Notes: generated by a model from the letters alone, not told the origin. A stretch of 64,000 nt of DNA from an uncultured Sutterella sp. (GCA_905202595.1 CAJKSP010000002.1:13870-77869), one strand, 5' to 3'; positions 18,209 through 27,390 are shown, counted from the first letter of the stretch. Made by a program: numbers and translations.

Positions 18209-18248
18209 AAATAAAGAAAAAGATGAAGCAGGCGCGTTGGGCGCCTGC
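18209..18248 (-). terminator. intrinsic terminator between NSS-C and NSS-B
   Basis: GCAGGCGC-gttgg-GCGCCTGC hairpin at 18228-18248. On the minus strand it is followed by TTCATCTTTTTCTTTATTT. Confidence 0.6.
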
Positions 18249-18270
18249 TTTCCGAGGGCGGGCTGCTGCG

Positions 18271-19605
18271 TCAGAGCAAGCCCGAGATCAGCACGGCGAT
18301 GACGAGGATCGGCGCAATCACGCAGCAGCTGAAGCGCAGCATCCTCCGCCAGCCTTCCGAGCGGGGCGTCTCGCCCGCAATGTCGGCCGACACCTGGGGC
18401 CAGAGCTTCACGCCCGCGAGGTAGAGGATCACGAGGCCGCCGATCGGCAGCGAGATGTTGCTCGTAAAGAAGTCGAAGATGTCGAAGAAGGTCTTGCCGG
18501 CGATGGGCTTCACGTCGGCGAGCATGCCGAACGAGAGGCAGGGCAGCGCGCCCACGACGGCGAGCGCCACGGTGGAGATGACGGAGGCCTTCGGGCGGCT
18601 GTAGCCCTTTTCATCGGCGAGGTACGCGACGAGGATCTCGATGAGCGAAACCGACGACGTGATGGCGGCGACGATGAGGCAGAGGTAGAAGATCACGGCG
18701 AAGAGCTGCCCGAAGGGCATCTGCGCAAAGACGGCCGGCATCGTGATGAAGGTGAGGCCGGGGCCGGCGGTCGGCGAGAGGCCGAAGGCGAAGACCGAAG
18801 GCATCACCATGAGGCCGCCCATGATGCTCGAGACGACCGAGAGGAAGGCGATCCAGAGGCAGGCGCGCGAAACGTTCGTGCGCCGGTCGACGTAGGAGCC
18901 GTAGGTCATCATGCAGCCGCAGCCCACGCAGAGCGAGAAGAAGGTGAAGCCCATCGCCTGCAGGAGCGCGTGGAACGTGAAGGCCTCGGGGTCGAATTTG
19001 AAGAGGAATTCAAGGCCCGCTGCGGCGCCCGGCAGCATCAGTCCGCGGATGATGATCGCGAGCATCAGGAAGAAGAGGAGCGGCATGAGGATCTTGCTCA
19101 CGCGCTCGATGCCGCGCGAGACGTCGAGCGCGACGATGAGGCCGTTGAGAAGCAGGAAGAGCCACTGAAAGCCGAGCGCCATCACGGGATCGGCCGTGAA
19201 GTCTGCAAAGTGCTTGCCGAGAAGGGACTGATCGGCGATGAGTCCCTGTCCGACGAGCGCTTCGCAGAAGTAGGCGATCGTCCAGCCGCCGATGGCCGAA
19301 TAGAACGAGAGAACGAGAAAGCCCGTGAGGACGCCGAGATAGCCCGCCGGCAGAAAGGCGCGCCCGGCAAGCCGGCGGTAGGTCGTGACGATGCCGCCCT
19401 TGCCGAGGCGTCCGAGCGACACTTCGGCGATGAGGATGACGAGGCCTGCCGTGAAGGTGAGGATGATGTAGGGGAAGAGAAAAGCGCTGCCGCCGTTCGT
19501 TCCCGCCATATAGGGGAACTTCCAAATCGCGCCGAGGCCGACGGCTGCGCCGGCGCTAGCTAGCACGAATCCGATGCGGCTCGTCCAAGTGCTGCGTTCG
19601 CTCAT
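18271..19605 (-). CDS. sodium-dependent transporter, NSS/SNF family, paralog C
   Basis: 444 aa with RIGFVLASAGAAVGLGAIWKFPYMAGTNGGSAFLFPY. Confidence 0.9.
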   Translation of the reverse strand: MSERSTWTSRIGFVLASAGAAVGLGAIWKFPYMAGTNGGSAFLFPYIILTFTAGLVILIAEVSLGRLGKGGIVTTYRRLAGRAFLPAGYLGVLTGFLVLSFYSAIGGWTIAYFCEALVGQGLIADQSLLGKHFADFTADPVMALGFQWLFLLLNGLIVALDVSRGIERVSKILMPLLFFLMLAIIIRGLMLPGAAAGLEFLFKFDPEAFTFHALLQAMGFTFFSLCVGCGCMMTYGSYVDRRTNVSRACLWIAFLSVVSSIMGGLMVMPSVFAFGLSPTAGPGLTFITMPAVFAQMPFGQLFAVIFYLCLIVAAITSSVSLIEILVAYLADEKGYSRPKASVISTVALAVVGALPCLSFGMLADVKPIAGKTFFDIFDFFTSNISLPIGGLVILYLAGVKLWPQVSADIAGETPRSEGWRRMLRFSCCVIAPILVIAVLISGLL

Positions 19606-19782
19606 GGTGTTTGGTTCCTGTCATTTAGGGTTGAGGGGGAACGGCTTCAGCGTTCGGCGGCTGTTCTTTTGGGAGCGGCGCCGCTTAGAAAGCGCGCGAA
19701 GTCTCTTCAATCTTATCGAGGCTGAGACGGCATCGAGACGGAAGATGAGGAGAAAGCGCTTGTTTTCAGGGGCTGAAGCGAA

Positions 19783-19821
19783 GCGGTCCCGCCGTCCGAA
19801 CTCATCGGACGAGCGGGACCG
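19783..19821 (-). terminator. long stable hairpin about 35 nt downstream of NSS-D stop (probable terminator)
   Basis: GCGGTCCCGCCGTCCGA-actca-TCGGACGAGCGGGACCG, a stem of about 16 bp with one bulge. The U-tract on the minus strand is weak. Confidence 0.45.
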
Positions 19822-19854
19822 TTTCAAAGCCGAGCTTTCAAAAGGGAAGCAAGA

Positions 19855-21201
19855 TCAGCCGAAGAGGCCTTGGAATACCGCTACCAGCACGAGAATCGGG
19901 GCGAGGATCGCCACGAGGAAGCGAATGCAGCTCAGCACGGCTGCGCCGAAGTTGCGCGGCGTGGAGAGCTCTTCGCGGAAGGCGGGCCAGGCCTTCCAGC
20001 CCATGAGGGCCGCCACGGCGAGGCCGCCGATCGGCATCATGAAGTTCGTGCAGACGAAGTCAAGCAGGTCGAAGAAGTTGCGTCCGCCCACCGTGAAGCC
20101 GCTCCAGACCCCGAAGGAGAGCGCGGACACGGCGCCGAGGAGGAAGAGGAGCACGAAGCTCACGATCACAGCCGCTCGGCGGCTGAAGCGCCATTCGTTG
20201 TGCATGAAGGCGACCACGACTTCGAGAAGCGACACCGCGCTCGTGAGCGCCGCCGTGAGGAGGCAGATGTAGAAGAGGAACGCGAAGAGGCTGCCGAGCG
20301 GCACGTGCGAGAAGATCATCGGCACGGTCACGAAGACGAGGCCCGGGCCGCCGTTGGGCTCGAGCCCGAAGGCAAAGACGGCCGGCATGATCATGAGGCC
20401 CGCCAGCAGCGCTGCCATGTCCGCAAGAACGGCCACCCAGGCCGATGCGGTCGGAATGCAGACGTCCTGCTTCAGGTACGAGCCGTAGGTGATGAGCATG
20501 CCGCCGCCGAGCGAGAGCGAGAAGAACGTGAAGCCCATCGCGTTGAGAATCGACGAAGAGGTGACGTTTTCTAGCTTGAAGTTGAAGAGGTACTCGACGC
20601 CGGCCCAGGCGCCGTCGAGCGTGAGCGAGCGGCCGATGAGCGCGAGCATGAGGATGAAGAGCGTCGGCATCAGGTACTTCGAGAGGCGCTCGATGCCCTG
20701 TTCAACGCCGAGGACGACGGTGCCGCAGGTGATGGCTAAAAAGGCGAAGTGCCAGCCCACGTTGAGGTAGCCGTTCGAGACGAGGTCGGCGAAGTGCGCC
20801 TTGAGTCCTTCGGCGTCGGGCGAGGCTACGGAGCCGCGGATGGCATCGACGAGGTAGGCCACGCACCAGCCGCCAACAACCGAGTAGTAGGAGAGGATCA
20901 GAAAGCTCGTGAGCACGGCGAAGGTGCCGAGCGCAGCAAAGAGCTTGCCGCCGCCCACCTTGCGCATGGCCGAGACGCAGGAGCCGCGGCCGCGGCGGCC
21001 GATCGCGATTTCAGCCATGACGAGCGACAGGCCGATCGTCAGCGAGAAGACGATGTAGGGGATGATGAAGGCGGCGCCGCCGTTGGCGCCGGCCCAGAAG
21101 GGGAACTTCCAGATCGCCCCGATGCCGATCGCCGAGCCGGCTGAGGCCAGGATGAAGCCGAGTCTGGAGGTCCACTGCGCTGCTGTGGAGGTGGTTGCCA
21201 T
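19855..21201 (-). CDS. sodium-dependent transporter, NSS/SNF family, paralog D
   Basis: 448 aa with RLGFILASAGSAIGIGAIWKFPFWAGANGGAAFIIPY. RBS AAGGA lies 8 nt upstream of the ATG. Confidence 0.9.
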   Translation of the reverse strand: MATTSTAAQWTSRLGFILASAGSAIGIGAIWKFPFWAGANGGAAFIIPYIVFSLTIGLSLVMAEIAIGRRGRGSCVSAMRKVGGGKLFAALGTFAVLTSFLILSYYSVVGGWCVAYLVDAIRGSVASPDAEGLKAHFADLVSNGYLNVGWHFAFLAITCGTVVLGVEQGIERLSKYLMPTLFILMLALIGRSLTLDGAWAGVEYLFNFKLENVTSSSILNAMGFTFFSLSLGGGMLITYGSYLKQDVCIPTASAWVAVLADMAALLAGLMIMPAVFAFGLEPNGGPGLVFVTVPMIFSHVPLGSLFAFLFYICLLTAALTSAVSLLEVVVAFMHNEWRFSRRAAVIVSFVLLFLLGAVSALSFGVWSGFTVGGRNFFDLLDFVCTNFMMPIGGLAVAALMGWKAWPAFREELSTPRNFGAAVLSCIRFLVAILAPILVLVAVFQGLFG

Positions 21202-21695
21202 GAGTAATCCTTATGCGTGCAGAGGGCTTGATGTTGTGTTGGCCGAGCTCGGAAAGAAGAAGCCCCGTGCGATGCCGCCGAGCAGGCGGCTGCCGGGGAT
21301 GCGAGGGAATGCTGCTTCGAAGAGAGCCCGTTTTTTGATTGTAACCAAAGGTAGCAGTTGAAATGCCTGATGCACGGCGGCGGCTGTCATCAGGTGAGCG
21401 GCTTTCCCGATGAACGCATGCAAAATTAGGGGAACTGCTTATGAAAATGGCCTGTAGACATTGAAAAACGACAGCAAAAGCCATCCCAAATGCAGGGCTT
21501 TCGGCGGCAGTCCGGCGGAAAGAGCCGCCTTTTCACGCTGTCTTGGCTTTGCGGATTCTTTGCAAAGCTTGACGCCCGCTGCAGCTGGCCTCCGATAGGA
21601 TCGAAGAGCGGAGGTCGGCGCTTCCTGCGGCATGGATGCTGGAAGCGGCCCGCCGGACCGCGTCCGGATTTCGTGTTGTTGGGGGGAGCGCTTTC

Positions 21696-22463
21696 ATGAC
21701 GCATGCTGCTGAATTCTGCCGTCCGGCTTTCCGTACGGCTCTGCCGATGCTTGCCGCCGTCTTTGCGGCGTCCGCTTTGCTTTCATCTCCTGCCTGCGCT
21801 GTGCCCGCCGCTGCTGAAGCGGGCGCCGTCATGACGCTTTCCGCCGAAGCCAGCCGCATCGTGCCCAATGACTTCGCGACGGTGACCTTCACGACGGAGT
21901 CGCAGAAGCCGACGGCGGCTGAAGCGGCCGAAGATGTGGCGAAGGCCGGCAATGCCGCGCTCGCCGCCTTCAAGGCGCTCGGAAGCGCTGTCGAAGCGCA
22001 GACGATCGATCTTTCGACGTGGCCCGTCTACCGCGAAGCCAAGGAAGGCGAAGTTCGCACGCCCGGCGCTTGGCGGGTGCGGCAGGCGATCCGCGTGACG
22101 GTGCGGGACCTTTCGCAGCTGCCGGAAGCGCTCTCGGCGGGCGGCGCCGCCATGGACTACGACGGCATTCAGTTCGGCATTTCGCGCGAATCGCGCGAGG
22201 CGGCCGAAGACGAGCTTCTGGCCGAAGCCATCCGCAAAGCAGGCGCCCGGGCGTCGGCCGCGGCGCAAGCCATCGGCCTTGATGAGAAGCATGTGAAAAT
22301 AGAGTCGCTTTCCACGAGTGCATCCGGGCCGTCTGTACGTTATCTGGCGCTTCCGGCGGCCAACGGGCTGTCGCGCTCAGCTGCCGCAGCGGCGCCGGCG
22401 GTGAGCGCCGGCACGGGCGAAGTGACCGTGCGCGTGCAGATGACGGTTCGCATCAAGCCGTAG
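21696..22463 (+). CDS. SIMPL-domain (DUF541, YggE-like) periplasmic protein
   Basis: Likely start MTHAAEFCRPAFRTALPMLAAVFAASALLSSPACA (signal peptide), with GGGGGGAG RBS 8 nt upstream. ...LSAEASRIVPNDFATVTFTTESQKPTAAEAAEDVAKAG... resembles the SIMPL family. The track ORF starts 20 codons earlier. Confidence 0.65.
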   Translation: MTHAAEFCRPAFRTALPMLAAVFAASALLSSPACAVPAAAEAGAVMTLSAEASRIVPNDFATVTFTTESQKPTAAEAAEDVAKAGNAALAAFKALGSAVEAQTIDLSTWPVYREAKEGEVRTPGAWRVRQAIRVTVRDLSQLPEALSAGGAAMDYDGIQFGISRESREAAEDELLAEAIRKAGARASAAAQAIGLDEKHVKIESLSTSASGPSVRYLALPAANGLSRSAAAAAPAVSAGTGEVTVRVQMTVRIKP

Positions 22464-22558
22464 CGCTCTGCCGCGCGCTTATTTCCTATTCCGCAGGGAT
22501 CCGCCGCGTCTGAATGCGGGGGACGCCTGCGGGCTGTCTTTGAAGGACTTTCACGACC

Positions 22559-23275
22559 ATGGTTCAGTTTCAGATTGAAGGCGGCGTCGATCCGCTTCTC
22601 ATTGTCAGGCTGGAGAAGGGGGACGCCGTGGCGACCGAATCCAACGCCATGGTGGCCATGGACCGTTCGCTCTCGCTTCGCGGCCGCACGCGCGGAGGCT
22701 TCTTCGGGTCGCTCGCGCGCAAGCTCCTCAATGACGAAACCTTCTTTCAGCAGTGGATTGATGCGCCGGACGGGCCCGGCGAAGCGGTGCTCGCCCCCAA
22801 TCTTCCGGGCGGCATCGAGCTGCTCGAGGTCGGCGAGCGGCAGTACTGCCTCTCGGACGGCGCCTTTCTGGCGAGCACCGACGGCATCGAAATCGAAACG
22901 CAGGCGCAGGGCCTCGGCAAGGCGATCTTCGGCGGCAACGGCGGGCTCTTCATCATGAAGACCTCCGGCAGCGGAACGCTCGCCGTGTCGGGTTTCGGCC
23001 ACGTGCGCGCGATGAAGGTGGCGCCGGATCGCCCCATTCTTGTCGACAACGGTCATCTCGTTGCGTGGGATGCGTCGCTCGAGCACGAGCTCTCGATCAA
23101 TACGAGCCGCTCCGGACTGCTCGGCAAGCTTGTGCAGAGCCAGATTACGGGCGAAGGCGTCGTTATGAAGTTCAAGGGCGACGGGCTTGTCTACATCTGC
23201 TCGCGCAACAAGGGAACGTTCCTCAATTGGATCTTTTCGCAGCAGCCTCAGGAGAAGGTCCCGCAAAACGGCTAG
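22559..23275 (+). CDS. AIM24-family protein (DUF124/TIGR00266)
   Basis: 238 aa. MVQFQIEGGVDPLLIVRLEKGDAVATESNAMVAMD... and ...ILVDNGHLVAWDASLEHELS... are typical of AIM24/TIGR00266 beta-rich proteins. Confidence 0.7.
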   Translation: MVQFQIEGGVDPLLIVRLEKGDAVATESNAMVAMDRSLSLRGRTRGGFFGSLARKLLNDETFFQQWIDAPDGPGEAVLAPNLPGGIELLEVGERQYCLSDGAFLASTDGIEIETQAQGLGKAIFGGNGGLFIMKTSGSGTLAVSGFGHVRAMKVAPDRPILVDNGHLVAWDASLEHELSINTSRSGLLGKLVQSQITGEGVVMKFKGDGLVYICSRNKGTFLNWIFSQQPQEKVPQNG

Positions 23276-23306
23276 CGTATAGAAGCGATCCGCTAGAATT
23301 CAGCCG

Positions 23307-23345
23307 TGCCGCTCCAAAAGCGGGGCGCTCTTTTTTCTTTTGCTT
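23307..23345 (+). terminator. intrinsic terminator downstream of AIM24-family gene
   Basis: CCGC-tccaaaa-GCGG / GC-rich hairpin followed by CTCTTTTTTCTTTTGCTTTT. Confidence 0.5.
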
Positions 23346-23362
23346 TTATCCTGAGGCTTCCC

Positions 23363-24010
23363 TTGCAGAACCGCTCAACGATCTATCCCATCATTGCCCG
23401 CGAAGGCTGGCCCATCATCGGCGCCGGCGTCGTCGTGACGCTTGCCTTCTGGATCCTCGACTGGGAGCTGCTGGCGTTCCTCGCGCTTGTCTTTACGGCG
23501 TTCAGCCTCAATTTCTTCCGCGATCCCGTGCGTCCTGAGCCGCAGGATCCCCGCGACGTCGTGAGTCCTGTGGACGGCCGAGTCTGCAAGGTGCAGAAAG
23601 CGGTGAATCCGGAGACGGGCGAAGAGGCGATTCAGATTTCAATCTTCATGAACGTCTTCGACGTGCACAGCCAGAAGGCGCCGGTGGCGGGCGTCATTGA
23701 AAAAATCACCTACACGCCAGGACTTTTCCTGTCGGCCGATCTTGACAAGGCGTCGACCGACAACGAGCGCAATGCCGTGACGGTGCGCATGGCCGACGGC
23801 CGCCGGGTGACTTTCATTCAGGTGGCGGGCCTCGTGGCTCGTCGCATTCTCTGCCATGCAGCCGTGGGCGAGACGCTTCGGCGCGGCGAGCGCTACGGCT
23901 TCATCCGCTTCGGCAGCCGCGTCGATGTGTATCTGCCGCCCGAGGCTGAGGTGAAGTGCGTGATCGGCGAGAAGGTAGCCGGCGTGCTCTCCACCATTGC
24001 AAGGCTTTAA
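23363..24010 (+). CDS. psd: phosphatidylserine decarboxylase (short Asd/archaeal-type Psd proenzyme)
   Basis: ...RSTIYPIIAREGWPIIG...PVDGRV...GERYGFIRFGSRVDVYLP shows PSD motifs, including the FGS self-cleavage region. The track start 23306 would place the upstream terminator inside the CDS. A TTG at about 23363, preceded by GAGG, is preferred. Confidence 0.8.
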   Translation: MQNRSTIYPIIAREGWPIIGAGVVVTLAFWILDWELLAFLALVFTAFSLNFFRDPVRPEPQDPRDVVSPVDGRVCKVQKAVNPETGEEAIQISIFMNVFDVHSQKAPVAGVIEKITYTPGLFLSADLDKASTDNERNAVTVRMADGRRVTFIQVAGLVARRILCHAAVGETLRRGERYGFIRFGSRVDVYLPPEAEVKCVIGEKVAGVLSTIARL

Positions 24011-24115
24011 TCCGCTGAGCGCGCTGCGCCCGCTGTGAGCTTCTCGGGCCGTCCGGCTTCAGGCTGGAGGGCCCATTTTCATAGGCGCGGCGGCGTAGCC
24101 GTCAGCCGCAGGGAC

Positions 24116-25339
24116 TCAAGGCGTCTTTTTCCCTCGAGGCCGGCAGACGACGCGACGGTTTTCGATTTCAATCGAATCCTCAGGGATCCAAGGAAAGCGC
24201 TGCGCAGGCAGCGCGGCTTCGCCGCCATGGCCGTCTTGGCTGCCGCGAGGCTCGGCAGCGCCTTCCGGCGCAGCAGAGGCTGCAGCCTCAGCGCCATTGG
24301 CCGGCGCCGAAGCGACAACGGCTTTTTCCGACTTGAGGATCGATTGCCGGCGCATGGCGAGCCAGCCGTCGAGCAGGAGCGAGTCCTCGAGCGTCGCAGC
24401 GATTGTCCAGCGCGAGGGCTTGCCGTTTGAGCCGAGCGCCGCAGGCTCGATCTGCTGCGTGCTGTTGAAGGGGGTTTCGCGAAGATTCTGAACGAGCGCC
24501 GGATCGTCGGTCAGCAGCGTCAGGCGCACCGTGCGGCCCTGCGCATAGTTGAAGGGTGCGCGCGCCGTGTAGTCCTCGAGGTCGAAGTCCGCGGGCCGCT
24601 CGAAGTCGAAGGCGGTGACCCGCGCCGACTCAATGCGGTGAAGCGCCAGGTGGCGGCAGTCGCTGAAGCCTTCAAAGCGGCAGACGAGGTAAGTGCGCAC
24701 ATCCTGCTGCACGAGGCCGAGCGGCATGACGCGCGCCTCCGTGATCTTGCCGCGGGCGCTGCGGTAGCGAACGGCGAGGAACCGGTCAAGGAAAAGCGCT
24801 TCGGTGACGTTCTCGAAGACGTTCTGACGGATGACGGGCGGCATGAAGGGCATGCCGGGGCTCACGACCTTCACCTTTCTCAGCCACGAGCAGGCCTTGC
24901 TGCGGGAGCCGGCCTTCTCGTCAAGCTGCACCTGCTGCTTGGCATCGCGAAAGAGGGGCTTGAGGCTTTGAAGAATGCCCGCCGGCAGCTGAAAGCGCAG
25001 GTGCTCTTCGGCAAGCCGCAGCAGCAGCGTTTCCTGGGGCGTCAGCGCCGGCAGGTGAAGGCCCTTGGAGGCTGTGCTCCACTGCACGCGGTAAGGCCTG
25101 GCGCTGGCGTCGACGGTGACGGGAAAGACGTCAGCGTGCTCGCGGATGGTCTTGAGATAGCGCTGCAGCGTCCGGCGGTGCATGGCAATGCCTTCGCCGG
25201 CAAGCGCCGCTTCAATTTCCCGCACGGTTGTCCATCGGCGCTGCGGAATGAGCTGCAGGATGCGCAGCAGCGTCACGGCATTTTCAAAAAGTCCGGCGCC
25301 GCTTTCGTCGACGGCCGGCCGGTCATTGCGCTTCGGCAT
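24116..25339 (-). CDS. WYL-domain transcriptional regulator (N-terminal HTH + WYL + WCX; YafY/PafBC/BrxR-like architecture)
   Basis: Likely start MPKRNDRPAV.. at 25339. HTH is TVREIEAALAGEGIAMHRRTLQRYLKTI. The WYL core is RYRSARGKITEARVMPLGLVQQDVRTYLVCRFEGFSDCRHLALHRI, with a C-terminal extension. The track ORF extends 19 codons further upstream. Confidence 0.8.
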   Translation of the reverse strand: MPKRNDRPAVDESGAGLFENAVTLLRILQLIPQRRWTTVREIEAALAGEGIAMHRRTLQRYLKTIREHADVFPVTVDASARPYRVQWSTASKGLHLPALTPQETLLLRLAEEHLRFQLPAGILQSLKPLFRDAKQQVQLDEKAGSRSKACSWLRKVKVVSPGMPFMPPVIRQNVFENVTEALFLDRFLAVRYRSARGKITEARVMPLGLVQQDVRTYLVCRFEGFSDCRHLALHRIESARVTAFDFERPADFDLEDYTARAPFNYAQGRTVRLTLLTDDPALVQNLRETPFNSTQQIEPAALGSNGKPSRWTIAATLEDSLLLDGWLAMRRQSILKSEKAVVASAPANGAEAAASAAPEGAAEPRGSQDGHGGEAALPAQRFPWIPEDSIEIENRRVVCRPRGKKTP

Positions 25340-25409
25340 GATGAAGGGACTCCTTGATGCGCTCGGCGGGGCAAGGCGCGGCGCCGTGCAGGACAAACAG
25401 CGCGCAAAG

Positions 25410-25444
25410 CAAAGCCTCGGCGGCTACACGGCGCCGAGGCTTTG
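25410..25444 (-). terminator. strong hairpin downstream of pssA (probable terminator)
   Basis: CAAAGCCTCGGCG-gctacacgg-CGCCGAGGCTTTG, a perfect 13-bp stem. The minus strand continues CTTTGCGCGCTGTTTGT. Confidence 0.55.
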
Positions 25445-25498
25445 AATTCCAGCGAAGGCGGCGGCATGCAGGCGCAGCCGCGCTCTGCAGCGGCCGCG

Positions 25499-26362
25499 CT
25501 AGTGCTGAGCGGCGTTCGCTTCGGCAGCTTCGGCTTCCTCAAGCGCCTTCTGCTGCGCCGCAAGGTCGGCCTGAATCGGATTCGGGCGGCCGCGCCACCA
25601 GCACCAGAACTCGTAGACGTAGCCCGAGAGCGCATAGATGCAGAAGAGAACGAAGATCGAGAGCGACGGATTGCTCGAAATGACGATGAAGGCGAGCGCC
25701 GCGACGACGATGACCCAGAAGGGAATGGTGCGCACGACGGCGTAGCTCTTGCCGGAGAAGAACGGCGCGTTGCTCACCATGGTGAGGCCGGCGTAGAGCG
25801 TCACGACGAAGGCAATGTCGCTGCGATAGACCGCAAGCCAGTCCGGGAGCTTGTTTTCGACGGCAAGCCAAACGAAGCCGCAGACGAGCGCGGCGGCGGC
25901 CGGGCTCGGCAGGCCTTGGAAGTAGTTCTTGCTCACGACGCCGACATTGCAGTTGAAGCGCGCAAGGCGCAGGATCGCGCAGAAGGCGTAGATGAAGGCG
26001 ACAGCCCAGCCGAGCTTGCCGAGCTCGACGAGCGAGTATTCGTAGACGATGAGTGCAGGAGCGACGCCGAAGCTCACGGCGTCGGCGAGGCTGTCCATCT
26101 GCACGCCGAATTCCGACTGCGTGTGGGTGAGGCGCGCCACGCGTCCGTCCATGCCGTCAAAGAGCATGGAGAAGAAGACCGCGATGGCTGCGGCGGAAAA
26201 GGAGCCGTTCATCGCCTGAATGATGCCGTAGAAGGCGGCAAAGAATGCGGCTGCCGTAAAGGCGTTCGGCAAAACGTAGATGCTTTTTGAGCGGACGGCC
26301 TGAAGCCGGCGCTGGCCGATGCTCGCGAGGCTTTCGCGGCGGGGAGCGTTGCTGTTAGTCAT
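25499..26362 (-). CDS. pssA: CDP-diacylglycerol--serine O-phosphatidyltransferase (CDP-alcohol phosphatidyltransferase family)
   Basis: 287 aa. ...NAFTAAAFFAAFYGIIQA...FFSMLFDGMDGRVARL... carries the D-G-x2-A-R...G...D...D CDP-alcohol transferase motif and is multi-TM. Confidence 0.85.
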   Translation of the reverse strand: MTNSNAPRRESLASIGQRRLQAVRSKSIYVLPNAFTAAAFFAAFYGIIQAMNGSFSAAAIAVFFSMLFDGMDGRVARLTHTQSEFGVQMDSLADAVSFGVAPALIVYEYSLVELGKLGWAVAFIYAFCAILRLARFNCNVGVVSKNYFQGLPSPAAAALVCGFVWLAVENKLPDWLAVYRSDIAFVVTLYAGLTMVSNAPFFSGKSYAVVRTIPFWVIVVAALAFIVISSNPSLSIFVLFCIYALSGYVYEFWCWWRGRPNPIQADLAAQQKALEEAEAAEANAAQH

Positions 26363-26648
26363 ATTTTTTGCTTAGGGGCGCAGGTGGTTTTCCGCGGCGC
26401 GGACCAGCGTGCATTTTAGCGGCGTCGCCGCTCAGGTTGAACCGCGAGAATTTTCTTAGCGCGATTGCGATTGCATCAGAAGTTTGCCGGCGGCCGGCCC
26501 GCCCCTTGCCGCTGCGGCGCGCCGAGGCGCCGGAAGGGCGCGTCGTACAATGCCGGAGTTTTGCAAATTCATTCATTCAGCGTCTGCCGCTTAGGCGTCA
26601 GATGCTGCAGCGATCGGTCCGGCACCCTCCCGGGCCATTGGAGCCGTC

Positions 26649-27308
26649 ATGTCATTTCTCTTTGCGCCAGCACAGCTGCCGGTGATTCCGGTTCAGGACG
26701 AGCGCTACCTCTTTTTCCCGGTCCGCCGGCTTTGGTGCACGAAAGGCGCCTGCGGCGAAGGCGCCAGCGCCGACCCGAAGTCGCTCTCGTTCTTTCTGCG
26801 TCCGACGGATGCGCTGCAGCCGGTGACGGATGCGGCGGCGGCGATTCTGCCGGCCGGAGAATCCGGCATGGGGCTTTCGGCGGGCGTGGAAGTGGCGGCA
26901 TGCCTCTCGGAGGGCGGGCGCTGCTGGTCGCGCGAAGAGGCTGAGGCGGCTGTCTGGGGCTGGTGCACGGCAGTGACCTTCACGCGCTTGGGCGCGCCGC
27001 TCTCTGAAGCCGCGCTGGCCGGTCCCGTGCCGGTTTCGCATCTGAGGCCCGCTTATCGCACGCCGCTGCCGGGCTCGTGCGACATGTTCCTCTATCTCAA
27101 CAATGCCAAGCGCCAGGCAGGCAACACGGCCCGCGCGGCCGTTGATCCGATAGGCGTGCTCTGCGAGCTCTCGCGCCGAGCGGAGCTCGAACCCGGCGAC
27201 GTCGTGCTCTTCGGCACTCCTGAAGGCGCGGCGGCCGTTCGGGCGGGCGACGCCGTCATGGCGGGCGTGAACGGCGTGGGCACCTTTACGGTGCAGGCTG
27301 TCGCCTGA
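26649..27308 (+). CDS. fumarylacetoacetate hydrolase (FAH) family protein
   Basis: 219 aa. The N-terminus ...LFFPVRRLWCTKGACGEGASADPKS..FFLRPTDAL and C-terminus ...PGDVVLFGTPEGAAAVRAGD... match the FAH fold. Confidence 0.7.
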   Translation: MSFLFAPAQLPVIPVQDERYLFFPVRRLWCTKGACGEGASADPKSLSFFLRPTDALQPVTDAAAAILPAGESGMGLSAGVEVAACLSEGGRCWSREEAEAAVWGWCTAVTFTRLGAPLSEAALAGPVPVSHLRPAYRTPLPGSCDMFLYLNNAKRQAGNTARAAVDPIGVLCELSRRAELEPGDVVLFGTPEGAAAVRAGDAVMAGVNGVGTFTVQAVA

Positions 27309-27324
27309 AGCGCTCCCGGCGAAA

Positions 27325-27372
27325 AGAAAGCCGCCGTTCCGGCGCTCGGGCCGGACGGCGGCTTTGCTTTGG
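27325..27372. terminator. bidirectional hairpin between convergent FAH-family and DMT genes
   Basis: AAAGCCGCCGT(T)CCGG-cgctcggg-CCGGACGGCGGCTTT, flanked by A- and T-containing stretches. Confidence 0.4.
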
Positions 27373-27390
27373 CTGTCTATTGCGCGCGGC

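Noticed and set aside
23306-23362. Track-predicted start of psd at 23306
   Set aside because: The first 19 codons would span the T-rich intrinsic terminator of the upstream gene and encode a non-conserved peptide. A TTG at about 23363, preceded by GAGG, matches the conserved Psd N-terminus (RSTIYPIIAREGWP).
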